Assembly: GCA_977017575.1 (NCBI GenBank)
Contig: CDRNVI010000070.1
Location: 124,001-188,000, forward strand
Origin: Paramoeba atlantica
Lineage: Eukaryota; Protista; Discosea
Length of the DNA stretch: 64,000 nt
Direction: 5' to 3'
Of this stretch, positions 1 to 10,340 are shown piece by piece. How positions within the stretch are numbered: position 1 is the first letter of the stretch; the number at the start of each line of letters is the position of its first letter. The notes below the pieces were generated by a model. That model made no database searches. It worked only from the letters and a program-made list of their open reading frames with translations, and was not told the DNA's origin. Both the position numbers and the translations under genes were made by a program.

Positions 1-502
1 GGATGAAGAACTCTAGGTATCACGGAACAACTTCCCAGTATTGTGGGTAGACGCTTATTTTCCGCAGGAATAAAACATCAGTTTGATTAAGTGATCAGAT
101 AATATTTTTTGATGCATTATTTGTAATTTTGGGTAAAACTAATTTATTTGTGATCAAAATATTACATTCCTCAGAAGCTTTGAGATACAGGATTGAAGTT
201 TTTATAGTTTGCACGCAAACCAATTTGCTTTCTTCTGACTATGAGCTTTTATTATTGCAAGACAATCATTTTTTTTGAATTGCGTAGACTACTACGATAA
301 AAACGAAATATGCAATTTTTTATTTGCTGTTTGTGGAGGGTAAGATACCATACAACGATACGTTGCGCCTAAAGTTTTAAACTCTATGATGAGCTTATTG
401 GGCCACAATCTTTGGTTGCGTACATTGTTTTCTTAACTTTTGTTAGATTTCATTTGTTACATAGGAGTTTTAAGAGAAAGTCACTAGAACAACAATGCGC
501 CA

Positions 503-1786
503 ATGACCGATACTTTGAATGTGTCCCTGTACCGATCTTTGCTTAAGCTGGCTAGATGGTTTGATCGCTACCCACTAGCGAAGGCCTTCTTAACTCCACC
601 ACCACGAAAATACTATGATTGTCATAGCGGATCGTGGATATCATATAAGACTCCGGACGCGAGAAGTTTTCTCGGTGCTGCGGGAACTCTTTGGAAGGGA
701 GATGGTTCTTACTATCTTCCTGCTAGTGATTCGTCTTCAAAGGTATCTGATGCAGCAACTCGATTTTGTAGCCTACAGTGTATGATACGACAAGGCTACA
801 GAGTTGCGAGACGTACAAAAGAAGTTCAGGATAATCATCCCCTTCTATTTGAATTGCTTAAACGTTTGGCGAAAGTAAAGGTATTTCATGATAAGTACAG
901 TGCAAAAACCACAACTCTGCAGGAATCGAAGAGTACAGTGCAACCTAGAAGATTGACTCTATCAAAATTGGAGAAGAATATAAATGTTTATCACGGCGCG
1001 TTGCTTGTAGGTCACCCAGCCAACTTAGACTGGACATCTCAAAGCATTATTTTGCTTTACGTCTCGGAGGCATCGAGAAGCGGGGGGGTTGACAACAACA
1101 ATGAAATTTGTGGCCTGTTATTAAGCTGTCCGGTAGAAAAGGAAAGCGCTCGAAAATGGTTGTGGCAGAAGCATTATAAATTGAGACGCTTATCAAGTTT
1201 AAAGAATCTTGGTGACATTCCATTATACGACGGAGGACCTATACAGAAAGATCCAGTTCTGTTACAACGTAGTACAACAAAAAGAAAATTACTGCTTAAT
1301 GCCGGAAGGTTACCTTCCGACAGTTATCAAAAGCTACTCCACACGAAAGCACAACGTCCGACGCCTACGATTTTGTTACCAGGAAACATATCTTTCACCG
1401 ATATCAGGCATGTGCAAGGTGCTACGTCCCAATCGCATAATGTTGTCTCAAGTGGAAGTCGAATAATAATGAATCAGTGTTCTTGGACAGCGTCGCAGTT
1501 GATAGAAGAGATTAAGAACAACTGGTGGATACCTCTGCACAGTGGGTCGTACGTCGAAGATCTTTTGTTTCGGGATAAAACGTTACTCTCCACGCCTAAT
1601 TGCACTTGGCACAAAGTAATGCGAGACCTAGGTGGTGATTTTGCCGATTTTTCAAGAATGAACGTATTGGATGCTCATAAAGTTACGTCTGTGGCGAATG
1701 ATCACCAGTCTTCCTGGGTTGATCTGTCTCGCATGGAATGTATGACAGATGATGCATGGTTCGTATTCGAGAATGACTGCCCATAA
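503..1786 (+). CDS. DUF179 (YqgE/AlgH-like) domain protein with N-terminal extension
   Basis: 427-aa ORF; C-half shows the DUF179 pattern: GALLVGHP...SIILL...GLLLSCP...LYDGGPI...CSWTASQLIEEIKNNWW...WHKVMRDLGG. Confidence 0.7.
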   Translation: MTDTLNVSLYRSLLKLARWFDRYPLAKAFLTPPPRKYYDCHSGSWISYKTPDARSFLGAAGTLWKGDGSYYLPASDSSSKVSDAATRFCSLQCMIRQGYRVARRTKEVQDNHPLLFELLKRLAKVKVFHDKYSAKTTTLQESKSTVQPRRLTLSKLEKNINVYHGALLVGHPANLDWTSQSIILLYVSEASRSGGVDNNNEICGLLLSCPVEKESARKWLWQKHYKLRRLSSLKNLGDIPLYDGGPIQKDPVLLQRSTTKRKLLLNAGRLPSDSYQKLLHTKAQRPTPTILLPGNISFTDIRHVQGATSQSHNVVSSGSRIIMNQCSWTASQLIEEIKNNWWIPLHSGSYVEDLLFRDKTLLSTPNCTWHKVMRDLGGDFADFSRMNVLDAHKVTSVANDHQSSWVDLSRMECMTDDAWFVFENDCP

Positions 1787-2140
1787 ACGTTTATCCTGGA
1801 TCACGAGCCGTAGTGGTGAGGGGGGTTAGGTGTTACTGACAATGGTCAGTAACTACAACGGTGTTACTGACAAATAGTCATCGTTTAGCTGGGGTAGGGG
1901 TTAGGGGATGACATCGGTTTACTCTCCCCCAGGTGGGGGGGTGGAAAATCATCGCCGCGGCATACTCTAACACTTTCCTGCGCTCGATTTTGAAAAGTAA
2001 AAAATGCGAAAAAAAAATTCGCGACGTATGCCCCCCCCCGGACCCCCACATGGCCCCCCCCAATGGACCCCCCATTTTTTTGATTTTTTTTTTCAGTTTT
2101 GGACCACCGGAGCCCCCTTCTATATTTTTGTCTATTACCG

Positions 2141-2952
2141 CCCTAGTTATCTGTCACCCCCCACCCCCTCCTAGTTCTCTGTCGCTTTTCGGCCCTTCGA
2201 ATAGTGTTTTTCGTCGACCACACCCCCTAGTTATCTGTCGCTTTTTAAAAAAAAATTATATTTTTTTTTAGGCGAATGGACTTGCGTGGTGTTCTACGGA
2301 CGAAATAATAATAGAAATAATAATAGCCCCGTCGTTATCCCCTCCATCATCCCCTTCACTACCGTCTTCGCTGTCCCCTTTATCTTCCCTTTCTCAGCCA
2401 CCTATCGGCCCGCTTTCGTCTTGGACTAAATTTTCTGGAATGTGCAGACTGTGCTACTTATTATGGGACGAGTCAAATTTCCTTCTCAAGTCTCACATAG
2501 CACTCGCATATTTGCGTGCTTGTAGTACTCTCTAGTACTATGCACACCACTACGTTCTAATTCATGTGCGGCGCCATATTATTGTGATTTATGCCAGTTT
2601 CAATGGGTACGCGTCAAATTTTCTCAAATTTTCAATGATAATAAAGAAATTTAAATTTATAAAGAAATTTAAAGATCGTCTATGTGAACATTTGAAACTT
2701 GGGCTTCTTTTAACCCGTAGACGCATGTCTTCAGCTTATACTACCCCATTTTTCTACCCCATTGGGGTAGAAAGGAATCTTCTTAGGCAATAAAGATACC
2801 GTGTCTGTATCATTTTGCTCCCTCGCTTTTTTTGGCGACGGACCCCCCTAGATATCTGTCGCACTTTGACCCCCCTAGTTATCTGTCGCACCCCTACCCC
2901 CCTACTTATCTGTCACCTTTTCTCGAAAAGTAGCGACAGATAACTAGGGGAG
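2141..2952. repeat. Array of a 17-bp motif CCCTAGTTATCTGTCRC (6 direct, 1 inverted copy); MITE-like relic
   Basis: Copies at 2141, 2170, 2225, 2846, 2873 and 2900, with an inverted copy at 2933-2949; 2224-2242 and 2932-2950 form a perfect 19-bp inverted repeat. Confidence 0.75.
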
Positions 2953-3030
2953 TACAGTATATTACTGTGTTTCTCTTTATAAACCCCCCACAGCGAATAA
3001 GTCACCCCCCTCTTTTTTTTGTACAACGAG

Positions 3031-3680
3031 GCTTAGGGGGGTTGCGGCACCACTTTTTCGTTCAAAATTTTGAGATCTGCACGTTCCCACTGTTTTTAGA
3101 CCTCTTCACAGATAACAAATTAAAACTCATTTTTTTGATGACGCTTTTACATAGTCATGCCAATATTACCCGAAAAATCTCATGTTCCTCGACCAGGGGG
3201 GGAGAAGGGGGTCAACATGAAAATGGTGTCACAGATCTTCGCTAGGGGAACGAGATCTCTCGTTTGCAACAGAAATGATCAAAAACAGATAACAAACATT
3301 CAATTTGTCACGTGGTGGAATATTTGTCTTTGATTGGTTCTTTCTTGAAACGGTGATAAATCACCTTTTTTAAGCTGTCCCCTTTAGTTTTTGCTTGAAG
3401 GGGCCTAAGGGGGTTAAGATATCATTTTCTCGTTCAAAATTCTGAGATCTACACGTTCCCACCATTTTTAGATCATTTTAGAAACTGAAAAAGAAAATTG
3501 TTTTTAGGTTCTATTTTTTTGCATCGTCATACCACACTAATTTAAGAAAGCAAACACTCCGCGGCCAGGGGGCACAACTGGGTCAATATTAAAAAATAAC
3601 GGCAAAGATCTTTGCTAGGAGAACGAGATCTCTCGTTCGCAACAAAAATCAGCAAAAACGGACAAAAATAATTGAATTTC
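3031..3680. repeat. Diverged tandem duplication (period about 372 bp) with conserved AGATCT-containing blocks
   Basis: CGTTCAAAATT(T/C)TGAGATCT at 3059 and 3431; AGATCTT(C/T)GCTAGG(G/A)GAACGAGATCTCTCGTT at 3233 and 3606. Confidence 0.8.
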
Positions 3681-4038
3681 TCATGGGAGGAGAAGTTTAT
3701 TTTGTTAAAGTGTGAGAAATTGGTCTCTTGAAAAATGTGAAGAAAGTGATAATCCATCTATCGGATGCACGCATTTGAGAGCCTTGGTTCCATGCTATAA
3801 CACGCAAAGTCTTTGTGTTGGGAACAGCAAAATGCAACAAAAACGAGCTCAAACGGACGCTTGGCTGAAAAGTTAGAGGCGGGTGACTTTTCGCTGTGGG
3901 GGGTTTATTTTCACTGTTATTGTTCACTTTTTTTTCAATAATCGAGGGTAGAGCGGTAGTTATGCACCCCCCGCAATGTGCGTTATTTTATAGGTTGTGA
4001 TTAGCTCATACTTGGGATATAAATCATTTATTTTCCTT

Positions 4039-6207
4039 ATGGGCTACGATGAACTCGATAGGGAAGAATTTGATCCATACAGCTTCTTGGAGAGCTGCGT
4101 GGGCGACGCTAGCCGCTTAACTCTTGACAATGTGCATAATGAGATGCTAGAAATTACAAGATGCACACAACCGGATATTAAAACGCTTTTGTCTAAAATT
4201 TCTAATCTCGTAAAAGAAACCGAACTAGAAGGGTGGCAGAAAGGACTAGATAGAACTGCGACTACATTGCAGGCTCAAAACATTGAACTTTCTGAATGCT
4301 GCAAATCTATACAACACGAAGCCCAGAGTGTTGCGAACGATTTATTGCCTTACGTATCAGCAAAGAAAAATCTTGTGCACAGCATCCAACTGCTGCAAGA
4401 GTGGATAAAATTAAGAGAAGGAGTTGGAGCTTTGAGATTCGCACTCAATTGCCATAATGGCGAAGAAATTTGTACTTTTGCGATACTTTGCGAAGAAACA
4501 AGTAAATCCCTTGATTACGCGTCTAGTCCAGCTAAACTGAAGTGTCTGCTGGACGAATATCGTGGTTTAAGACCGTATATTGACACTTTTGCTTGCAGTA
4601 CGTTTGGGAAATGTATTGAAGGTCCCTCACTAGAATCACATTCCACATTGCAGGAACTTCGTACAGTTATTACTATGGTATCTACATTAGATTCCAGTTG
4701 TTTGCCCATCATAATAGCTCAGTTTGTAAATAGTCAGGTGGCCAAGCAGGCAGCTGATCTCAGTCGCACGAAACAGCTATCATCAATTTTTACTTTGGAA
4801 CGTCACTACGCGTGGATCAGAAAGTTTTTCGCCGATTATCAGCGCAAGTTCTCCGATCTATTCCCTGCGTCATGGAGATTACCCGAAAGAGTGTTGAATG
4901 AAGTACTCCAAGAGATACGAGAGGTCGCTTTGAGTGCTTTGACCCCTGAGAATATATCTAGACCTGATATCCTGAAGAGAGTGTATTCCAAGGCCAAAAC
5001 GTTCGAACTAGAGGTGGAAAAGTGGCTAATGGAGAATACATTCCCCTCCAGGTTCAAAGAAGAGTACGTTGCTATTGGAAAGTATAACGAAACACACATC
5101 CCTGACTGTCCTAATCTTCCGAATATCTCAGGATTTCTTACAGACATTTTTGAAGGTTATCTTCAAGGGCTCATTAGCGACGCGAAATATAAATTTGAAG
5201 AACATTTTGCAGCAATTAGTGCTTCGAAAGAAATCGCTGAAAAGTCGGATCCGAGTTCAGGGTGCTTATCTTTTGCTCTGGATACCTTTAATTTAATTAA
5301 TGTCCAATTGCAGTCATTCGTTGAATTGTCTGATTCACATGTATTGACTTCTTTAGCGTCCATATGGGAGAATGCAATCGTACAATGCTCGAACATAATG
5401 AGGGACAATCTTCTAGAAAGTACAGAGAGGAGAAGTCTAAGAAATTGGGTCGTTATCATGAACACAACTAGTGAATGTCGGAATTTGACCTTTGCACTCT
5501 GTAAAAAACTTGAAAAGTTCACGATAGACATTGACCGAACCTTTTCTAACGCGCAAAAATCCCTAAATGAAGTTTTGGACCGTGGCATAGAGCACGTTTT
5601 AGTTTTGTTGGACGCAACACTAGCACACGCATTGCGTATGTTTCGACAACAGAATTGGAACCGAGTAGCGTTTCCTGAATGTGTCCCGCAAGGCACCTCG
5701 TACATTGACCTTCTTATGGTTGAGGTGAACAAGTTACTCGAGCAAATCAGAACGTGTAATTTAACACTTTTTACCAAGGTGTGTCACGTGTTCGTTGAGC
5801 GGATGTTTGTACTTCTACGTGAGTCTCTTTTAAAAGTTAAACGTGTTTCATCTGATGGAGCCATGCAAATTCGAATTGACCTCCAGTCCCTTTTAAATAA
5901 ATTGGGCGATTTGTTTCAGAACCATCTAGCTTATCGTAAAGACACTCTGGAAACTAATTCTGAGACGAAAACACAGTTGGCGCGGAAGGAATTTGCGGCG
6001 CTTGATATTTTACTTAAACTTGCAACTGTTCCATCAACAGAAATTTTGAGTCTTTATGCTTTTGCGAACGAAAACAGCCAAATTACCCTGCCAGAATTTA
6101 TCACCCTTTTGAAAATGCGTGGTTTTTGCGAACTAGATAGAGAGGACATCTTGCGTCGATTAATCTCGGACAACAGTCTGCACAGTGGAAATTCAATACC
6201 AGATTGA
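4039..6207 (+). CDS. VPS53: GARP complex subunit Vps53
   Basis: EEFDPYSFLE N-terminus; TLERHYAWIRKFF...FPASWRLPER matches the Vps53 signature (RRYAW...FP..W); first ATG at 4039. Confidence 0.8.
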   Translation: MGYDELDREEFDPYSFLESCVGDASRLTLDNVHNEMLEITRCTQPDIKTLLSKISNLVKETELEGWQKGLDRTATTLQAQNIELSECCKSIQHEAQSVANDLLPYVSAKKNLVHSIQLLQEWIKLREGVGALRFALNCHNGEEICTFAILCEETSKSLDYASSPAKLKCLLDEYRGLRPYIDTFACSTFGKCIEGPSLESHSTLQELRTVITMVSTLDSSCLPIIIAQFVNSQVAKQAADLSRTKQLSSIFTLERHYAWIRKFFADYQRKFSDLFPASWRLPERVLNEVLQEIREVALSALTPENISRPDILKRVYSKAKTFELEVEKWLMENTFPSRFKEEYVAIGKYNETHIPDCPNLPNISGFLTDIFEGYLQGLISDAKYKFEEHFAAISASKEIAEKSDPSSGCLSFALDTFNLINVQLQSFVELSDSHVLTSLASIWENAIVQCSNIMRDNLLESTERRSLRNWVVIMNTTSECRNLTFALCKKLEKFTIDIDRTFSNAQKSLNEVLDRGIEHVLVLLDATLAHALRMFRQQNWNRVAFPECVPQGTSYIDLLMVEVNKLLEQIRTCNLTLFTKVCHVFVERMFVLLRESLLKVKRVSSDGAMQIRIDLQSLLNKLGDLFQNHLAYRKDTLETNSETKTQLARKEFAALDILLKLATVPSTEILSLYAFANENSQITLPEFITLLKMRGFCELDREDILRRLISDNSLHSGNSIPD

Positions 6208-6802
6208 CTGCGTGTATACTTCTGTGTACTTCTGTAGGTGGGTTGGTTACTTGGTTATGTAGTTGGTTCTTGAACCTCCTTCATTCAGGCAGGTAAAAAC
6301 TGTTTTTTCGACTCGCCGAACAGAAGGGAGGAAGTGTATCGCGGGGTGAACTTTTAGAAACTTTTTTTCCAGGTTCTCCCACCCAGAGTCACCCCTCTTA
6401 TTATACCTACTAGGTAGTGGGCATGGGCTTGGGTATACTATCCTGGAACATGGTTTAGTTTCATCATCTTTTCCAAGATTGAGATTGAGGAAAAAGTGCA
6501 ACTCTGACGAGAGAAAGACAACCAGTGTCGTGCATAAATAAGTGTCATACATCGGTAAGTACTGTTACTATAGGTACTGTTAATCAAAAAGATGCAAGAA
6601 TTCTCAGTCAAAAAATGTTTAATAATTGAGGAGATTGAGCAAATTCAACGATAAAAAGCACGTCGCATGTATTGAAGACACGCCGGTACGCACCAATATA
6701 TTAAAATTACGTTGAAAGTGATAATATGGATGTCACGGTTAGATTGCCTACTCTTGAGCAACAGTTTTTTATCAAGTATTACACGTGGTCCATTTTCATG
6801 AA

Positions 6803-8269
6803 ATGGGTGAAGAAACTGCATTTCAGTCTACATATCTCTCCCCAGATGAAGCAAACTTCACTATCGATGAAGCGGTCGAGCGTGTTGGATTTGGTTTATA
6901 TCAATGGCGATTACTCGTTTTGTGTGGCACAGCATTCATAGCCGATGCCATGGAAATTGTAATGTTAGCATTCATTGTCAATGTACTACAGAAGGAGTTA
7001 CACTGCAGCAGTTTCGTGATATCCATCGTGGCCTCAGCAGTTTTTGTGGGAATGTTTTTCGGATCCACCGTTCTTGGTCCGGTATCTGACGCGATCGGGA
7101 GACGCAAATCCTTTGCAATATGCATGGCCTTTACAGGCCTAGCGGGTCTTTTGAGTGCTGCGAGTCAGAATGTATGGATGTTCCTTGTCACCCGTGCTCT
7201 GGTAGGGGTCGGCGTTGGTGGACTTCATATCAGTGTGACACTATTTACAGACTTTCTACCGACGCGTCATCGTGCGCTACAGAACACCTTGCTGCAGGTT
7301 TTCTGGGCACTGGGCGTTGTGATTCAAACCTGTCTTGCGTGGGCGATGCGTGATGTCTCATGGAGATGGTACGTGGTGGTAAGCGCCTTCCCAGCTTTTA
7401 TTAGTGGTGCCACGTATTTTCTTATACCAGAAAGCCCACTATACTTACTCATACATGGACGCAAGCGTGAGGCGGTTGCAATCTTGCGCGCCGTTGCGCA
7501 AGTAAACGGTACCATTGCGAATCTTCCACATTCTTTTGATATTCACGTTCCACCGTCAATCGCCGCAAAGGATTCGTTTTATACAAGAGTCAAGTCAATG
7601 GTAGGGACTAAATCATTGCGTCGGCTCACACTTTGCTTACTTCTTGTTTGGTTCGTAGGATCATTTGTTTACTGCGGTTCCGTGTTTTTAACAGCACAGT
7701 TAACGTACGGTGATTGGAATCAATATTTAGCCATGTTTATTGTTTCTCTTGCGGAGCTCCCAGGAAAGCTACTATCCTATTGGTTTTTCGTCTATTGTGG
7801 CCGGCGTCACGGAATGACGGCTTCTTCCGCGCTAACTGCGCTCTCTCTTGTGTTTGTTGCCCTGCAAGAACATCTTCCCGCTTGGTGTGTCCTGGTTGCA
7901 ATGGTCATCTATCGTTTAGGTATTGCAGTGTTTCTCACGATGGCGGCACTCTACACGCCAGAAGCGTTCCCAACAGCCGTGCGCTCCACAGGATTCGGAA
8001 TCACGACTGCAGGAAGTCGTATCGCAGGAATGCTTACCCCATTTATTGCTTTGAAAATAAATTCAATCAGTCCCGCACTGTCGAGCTCACTGTACGCTGT
8101 GGTGACGATGCTTGGTCTTGTAGCGGCCTTTCTTTTGCCATTCGACACCTCAAAGATGAGTTTAGCGCACGACGGAACGGGCAGGGATACGGCGTCTGAG
8201 ATGAAGTTGTCGGAGTCAGAAGCGAACTCGAAGTACGTGACCTTAGAGAACACGATTTCGGTTTTATGA
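6803..8269 (+). CDS. MFS transporter, SV2/SVOP-like (paralog 1 of 4)
   Basis: About 12 hydrophobic segments; GFGLYQW, ADAMEIV, SDAIGRR, WRW, PESP, YTPEAFPTAVRSTGFG motifs; first ATG at 6803. Confidence 0.9.
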   Translation: MGEETAFQSTYLSPDEANFTIDEAVERVGFGLYQWRLLVLCGTAFIADAMEIVMLAFIVNVLQKELHCSSFVISIVASAVFVGMFFGSTVLGPVSDAIGRRKSFAICMAFTGLAGLLSAASQNVWMFLVTRALVGVGVGGLHISVTLFTDFLPTRHRALQNTLLQVFWALGVVIQTCLAWAMRDVSWRWYVVVSAFPAFISGATYFLIPESPLYLLIHGRKREAVAILRAVAQVNGTIANLPHSFDIHVPPSIAAKDSFYTRVKSMVGTKSLRRLTLCLLLVWFVGSFVYCGSVFLTAQLTYGDWNQYLAMFIVSLAELPGKLLSYWFFVYCGRRHGMTASSALTALSLVFVALQEHLPAWCVLVAMVIYRLGIAVFLTMAALYTPEAFPTAVRSTGFGITTAGSRIAGMLTPFIALKINSISPALSSSLYAVVTMLGLVAAFLLPFDTSKMSLAHDGTGRDTASEMKLSESEANSKYVTLENTISVL

Positions 8270-8563
8270 TAGTAGTACATGCAGTATTATCTATGTTGTG
8301 TGCATTCTCTTTTACATAATGCACCTAGGATCACCTTATACATCTACATTTAGCCGTTCTTAGTTTTCGAACCTTTTTTAGTTTTCTACAGTATATCTAA
8401 TCCTTAGTTTTTTGAACCTTTTTCCAACTGAGCGACGGACAGCAGTACGTTTGTACTGAGTTTGTACTTTTGAAGTATGGCGCAAGTTTTTTTTTGTATC
8501 TTTTTATAATCTCGCGTTTTTTTGCATACAACGTACGAGCATGATATTAGAACCATCTTGTAC

Positions 8564-9928
8564 ATGATGGAAACGTGTGACATTGAACATGGGAGTACGG
8601 ACACCCCGGAGCTTCCGCTTAACGAAGTAATTGAACGTGCAGGACTGGGTCTCTTTCAGTGGCGCTTATTATTTTTATGCGGTACTGCTTTTGTTGCCGA
8701 TGCAATGGAAATTGTTATGATGGCTTTTATCATACGAATTCTAGTGAAAGAGTTTTCTTGCAGTCATTTCACAGTATCTATAGTCGCAGCAGCTGCGTTT
8801 GTTGGTATGTTTTTTGGTTCGACAGTACTTGGGTCTGTATCAGACGTTGTTGGTAGGCGAAAGTCACTTGCGATATGTATGGCTTTTACAGGAGTTGCTG
8901 GTGTTCTAAGCGCGGTCAGTCCAAATGTTTGGGTATTTTTACTTTTTCGTGTTCTCGTTGGAGTTGGAGTCGGTGGACTGCATATCAGTATTACTCTGTT
9001 TACAGAGTTTCTTCCACGTAAGCATCGGGCTTTGATGCTTACGCTTATTCAGACCTTTTGGGCGATCGGTACTATCATGCAGTGCGGGATAGCATGGGCA
9101 ATGCAGGACGTCTCTTGGCGGTGGTACGTGGCAGTGAGTGCGCTTCCGTCGTTTTTTAGTGGTCTTACTTACTTTGCTGTTCCCGAGAGTCCGATATTTC
9201 TACATGTTAATGGTTTCCACAGGGAGGCACTGGCATTGCTTTGTCGCGTTGCAGCGGTGAATAAGTCAAGGTCGAATCTTCCGGAGTGTTTTACATTGAC
9301 AAAACAAACACAACATTCAACGGTTGGGTTCCGCGAAAGAATTTCTCTGCTTTCGAAGGAGGGTACACGCAGATTAGTCGGGTGCCTCTCTTTCATATGG
9401 TTTAGCGGATCTTTCGTCTATTATGGCTCAGTTTTTTTGACTGCGCTTCTGAGTTATGGACACTATAATCCCTACGTTGCTATGATGATTATTACTATTT
9501 CCGAATTTCCAGGAAAAATAGGGACGTATCTTTGCGCAGAATACATGGGGCGGCGTTCAGCTCTGATTGCGTCTTCGTGCGTCACAGCATTGAGTCTCTG
9601 TCTTTTGGGTGCTCAAGTACACTTGCCGCTGTGGCTCGTAGTTACCAGTATGGCTATCTATCGTCTTGCCATCTCAATATTCATTACTGTTACATGCATT
9701 TATTGCCCTGAAGCTTTTCCAGCTGATATCCGCTCAACAGGTTTCGGTTTTTCGATTGCCTTCGGTAGAGTTGCTGGAATGCTAACCCCTTTCGTTGCTA
9801 TTTTAGTAACGAATATTAACGTCTCGCTTAGCGCATCACTTTATGCCGTGGTCATGTGCATAGGACTTGGTTTCGCAATAGCTCTGCCCTTTGACACGAC
9901 TGAAATGTCTCTGACTAGAGTATCTTAA
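8564..9928 (+). CDS. MFS transporter, SV2/SVOP-like (paralog 2)
   Basis: Same motifs (GLGLFQW, ADAMEIV, SDVVGRR, PESP, PEAFPADIRSTGFG); first ATG at 8564. Confidence 0.9.
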   Translation: MMETCDIEHGSTDTPELPLNEVIERAGLGLFQWRLLFLCGTAFVADAMEIVMMAFIIRILVKEFSCSHFTVSIVAAAAFVGMFFGSTVLGSVSDVVGRRKSLAICMAFTGVAGVLSAVSPNVWVFLLFRVLVGVGVGGLHISITLFTEFLPRKHRALMLTLIQTFWAIGTIMQCGIAWAMQDVSWRWYVAVSALPSFFSGLTYFAVPESPIFLHVNGFHREALALLCRVAAVNKSRSNLPECFTLTKQTQHSTVGFRERISLLSKEGTRRLVGCLSFIWFSGSFVYYGSVFLTALLSYGHYNPYVAMMIITISEFPGKIGTYLCAEYMGRRSALIASSCVTALSLCLLGAQVHLPLWLVVTSMAIYRLAISIFITVTCIYCPEAFPADIRSTGFGFSIAFGRVAGMLTPFVAILVTNINVSLSASLYAVVMCIGLGFAIALPFDTTEMSLTRVS

Positions 9929-10340
9929 TTATCGGAGTAGAGAAACAGAATTTAGTCCTTTAAACACGAAATATTATGGAGTTTCGGTTTCTTTCTTAGG
10001 ACGCTTATTATACTGTACCCCTCCGTGCAGGTTCCCCCCTTAATAGGCTCTATTTTTTCGAGAACCGGTGAATTCTCGCATGGTACTCCATTATTGCCCT
10101 CTCACCTTTATAGGTTCACTTGGGCAAAAGCGAGGCTAATCTAAACCGGGGTACCTCATATTAGGAGAGGAAAAAACTTACTTCAAAGTTGTTTAGCTCG
10201 AACGACAGCGAAACAAACACTTATCGTATTGTTCTTAAGAAACAATTTATCTTCCATCGTTTCCCCCTTCCGATTGCACTTTATCTTTTCCATTCCTTCC
10301 TTCAGCTCCCCATTATTTTATTTTAAACCAAAACCCTGCA

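Noticed and set aside
2141-2949. Possible CRISPR array
   Set aside because: Repeats are 17 bp, irregularly spaced and partly inverted, with no cas genes, in a eukaryotic context
10009-10154. Possible tiny MITE (GTACCCC...GGGGTAC)
   Set aside because: Only a 7-bp inverted match and no TSD
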